Program-made: the position numbers and the translations under genes
The notes under the pieces: model-generated
Database searches by the model: none
Seen by the model: the letters and a program-made list of their open reading frames with translations, nothing else
Told to the model about the DNA's origin: nothing
Assembly (NCBI GenBank): GCA_965214625.1
Contig: OZ243962.1
Location: forward strand, 491,324-555,323
Direction of reading: 5' to 3'
Source of the DNA: Candidatus Poriferihabitaceae bacterium
GTDB lineage: Bacteria > Pseudomonadota > Gammaproteobacteria > Arenicellales > Poriferihabitantaceae
Length of the DNA: 64,000 nt
Shown: positions 61,878 to 64,000 of the stretch, piece after piece
Layout of the letters: the number at the start of each line of letters is the position of its first letter
Position numbering within the stretch: position 1 is the stretch's first letter

Positions 61878-64000
61878 GTGAAATACGGGCCCATCGAATA
61901 TTTCGTGGGAAATCCCGTCGCCGCCAAGCTGTTGATGATTTTTCTTGTCTTTGGCGGTGTCATTGCAGGCTATATGCTACCAGTCCAGCAACTCCCGGAG
62001 ATTGACCTTCGTACCATTGTCGTCACAGTCGTTTCACCCGACTCCTCGCCCAAGGATATTGAAGAGGATATCAATCGTCGTATCGAAGAAAGACTGGTCG
62101 GAATTGGAGGCATTGCTCGCGTGGTCAGCGTGGCCTCGGAGAACTTCGCCAAGATTGAAGTTGAGCTTGAGACCTTGGCAGACCCTGAAACGGTCTTGTC
62201 CGATGTCAAAAATGCAGTGAACAGTATTGACAATTTCCCGCCAGCCAGCGCGGATTTGCCGCAGATCAAACTTAAGAAACCGAACTACGAGGTGCTGACG
62301 CTTGCCGTATCGTCGGATTTGCTGACCGAGAACAGCTTGCGAACCACCGCAGAAAACATCTTCAACGAACTGATGACACTTCCCACGGTGTCCCAGGTCC
62401 GGCCAAGGGGTGTCCGTGACAGGGAAATTGCGATTGAGATGAGCGAAGAGGAGCTGCGTCGAAACAATCTAACCATTGCCAAGGTGGCAAAAAAGATACG
62501 TCGGGAATCCATCAACCTCTCATTCGGCGAGTTACGAACCGATGCGGATCACGTGGTGCTCAATGTGGTAAGCAAGAAGCAGTATGGCAAGGATTTTGAG
62601 GATATCCCCCTGATTACACGCAAGGACGGCTCCATCGTAAAGCTGGGTGAGATTGCGAGAATTCGCGATGGTTTCGTTGATGAAAAAATCATTTCCGAAG
62701 TGGACGGGATACCGACTGTCTTCCTCAGAGTTGAGGTGACCGAGGGGCGGTCTTTCACCAAGACCTCGAAATCTGTCAGGGAGTGGCTGGCAAATCACAA
62801 GCCGCCCCCATCGGTAAAGGTCTCGGTCTGGAATGACAATGCAAAGCCGATTTCTGATCGGTTTTCCGACATCATACGGAACGCCATCATAGGTATCGTT
62901 CTCGTCTTTGTTTGCCTCGTCCTTGTCTTTGATCTGCGTGTGGCGACCTGGATAACCGTCGGTATTCCCCTTTCCATTGTCGCTTCTTTGATGTTCTTCG
63001 ATATTGCAGACCTGACTTTGAACATGGGAACACTGATGGCATTCTTTCTGTTGATCGGCATCGTCGTTGACGATGCTCTGGTGGTCGGAGAAAGTATCGC
63101 AGCGGAACGGCATAAGAACAAAAGTGCACGCGCGGCCGCGATATCCGGTACCAGAGCGGTTGCAGGACCGGTCGGTGTGGGAGTACTCACTACGTTACTG
63201 GCATTCGTGCCATTTGTCTTCATCACGTCAACAAATGTACAGATCGTACAGGTATTTTTCTTTGTTGCGCTATTCGTACTGTCCATTTCCCTTCTGGAAA
63301 CATTCTGTATCCTGCCTGCCCATTTATCTTATGATCGGCACTGGAGCCTGTTCCCACTGAAATCCATCCAGAAGAAAGTACGTGACCGAATCGATGCACT
63401 GCGGGATGCAATCGTTGTACCAACCATCTCTTGGGCCATTTGTAATATCTTCCTGACATTCTTCATCAGTGCGCTGTTTGTAACTGCCGCGATATGGCTC
63501 GTACGATCCGATAACGTGCCCGTGATCGTCTTCGACAGTGCTGCCAATGTCGGCAGTGCAATCAAGGCGGACCTAGTACTGCCGGCCGGGGCTACTTTCG
63601 AGGCCAGCGAGACTGCAGCACGACGCTTTGTAAAAGCCGCCCAATCTATCAACCAACAACTGGAAGGCACATCGATCAAATCGATTGGCCTTAAGGTCGG
63701 GGAGTTGAGCGATGTAGCAACATCCCGACCGGGCCAAGATGAAACCATACGGAACAATCACGCCACGGTCACACTCAAGCTTCATGATCGACCTGTGCGC
63801 CAAGCCTCTGCCGATGCCATTGAACGGATCTGGCGCCAGAATATCGGTTCCACATCCGACCTAGAGGAAGTTTCCATCCAGACAACCCGGTTTCGTTTCA
63901 AGCCTTCGGTAGCATACACGCTGGTGCATGATGATCCGGGAAAACTCCGCCAGGCAGCGGCTGAGTTACAATCATTTATGAGTCAGATACCGGGCCTGTA
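61878..64000 (+). CDS. RND efflux transporter permease (AcrB/AcrD/AcrF superfamily), 3' end cut by the window
   Basis: My translation runs from the GTG at 61878 (preceded by AAAGGG) to the window end without a stop, about 707 codons. It reads (M)KYGPIEYFVGNPVAAKLLMIFLVFGGVIAGYMLPVQQLPEIDLRTIVVTVVSP..., and later LVFDLRVATWITVGIPLSIVASLMFF and GIVVDDALVVGESI, which are typical RND TM and loop motifs. It is absent from the ORF track because there is no stop. Confidence 0.85.
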   Translation, partial: MKYGPIEYFVGNPVAAKLLMIFLVFGGVIAGYMLPVQQLPEIDLRTIVVTVVSPDSSPKDIEEDINRRIEERLVGIGGIARVVSVASENFAKIEVELETLADPETVLSDVKNAVNSIDNFPPASADLPQIKLKKPNYEVLTLAVSSDLLTENSLRTTAENIFNELMTLPTVSQVRPRGVRDREIAIEMSEEELRRNNLTIAKVAKKIRRESINLSFGELRTDADHVVLNVVSKKQYGKDFEDIPLITRKDGSIVKLGEIARIRDGFVDEKIISEVDGIPTVFLRVEVTEGRSFTKTSKSVREWLANHKPPPSVKVSVWNDNAKPISDRFSDIIRNAIIGIVLVFVCLVLVFDLRVATWITVGIPLSIVASLMFFDIADLTLNMGTLMAFFLLIGIVVDDALVVGESIAAERHKNKSARAAAISGTRAVAGPVGVGVLTTLLAFVPFVFITSTNVQIVQVFFFVALFVLSISLLETFCILPAHLSYDRHWSLFPLKSIQKKVRDRIDALRDAIVVPTISWAICNIFLTFFISALFVTAAIWLVRSDNVPVIVFDSAANVGSAIKADLVLPAGATFEASETAARRFVKAAQSINQQLEGTSIKSIGLKVGELSDVATSRPGQDETIRNNHATVTLKLHDRPVRQASADAIERIWRQNIGSTSDLEEVSIQTTRFRFKPSVAYTLVHDDPGKLRQAAAELQSFMSQIPGL

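Overview
This 64-kb window reads like the core chromosome of a gammaproteobacterium, roughly 50% GC by eye. I can place 47 protein genes and 4 tRNAs, and nearly all are conserved housekeeping genes.

Gene order:
- 1-14 kb, minus strand: truncated M16 protease, tRNA-Glu, tRNA-Ala, gltX, an orphan exported protein, tRNA-Pro, then MerR-ihfA-pheT-pheS-rplT-rpmI-infC-thrS-tRNA-Val.
- 14-32 kb: rne, rlmD, a PolB-like DEDDy exonuclease, the 1600-aa NAD-glutamate dehydrogenase, chaC, hinT, ispF/ispD, mfd, a CsiV-like protein and MTA phosphorylase.
- 32.4-60.1 kb: an uninterrupted minus-strand array of about 28 kb. It holds a GT2-SDR fusion, rfbA, rfbB, hldD, hldA, ugd, lapB, lapA, ihfB, rpsA, cmk, aroA, tyrA, pheA, gyrA, hflX, hfq, an AstE/DoeB-like deacylase, miaA, mutL, amiB, tsaE and nnr.
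- 60.6-64 kb: an RND efflux pair, a membrane fusion protein plus a permease cut by the window end.

I saw no CRISPR array, IS element or transposase, integrase, prophage, or recognisable toxin or defence module. I do not think the window hides an obvious novel multi-gene system.

The items most worth a second look:
1. The hfq-hflX junction. hflX-homologous coding sequence precedes any canonical start codon and is in frame with hfq across a single UGA.
2. A GT2-TM-atypical-SDR fusion protein next to rfbAB, with no rfbC or rfbD in the window.
3. An AstE/DoeB-like gene inserted between miaA and hfq.
4. A tRNA-Thr-anticodon-like hairpin in the short thrS leader that follows tRNA-Val.
5. A 26-bp perfect palindrome and about 830 bp of non-coding sequence upstream of rne.
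6. An in-frame 21-bp tandem duplication in the RND adaptor gene.

All functional calls rest on recognising motifs and sequences by eye in the supplied translations. No database search, HMM or folding program was run.
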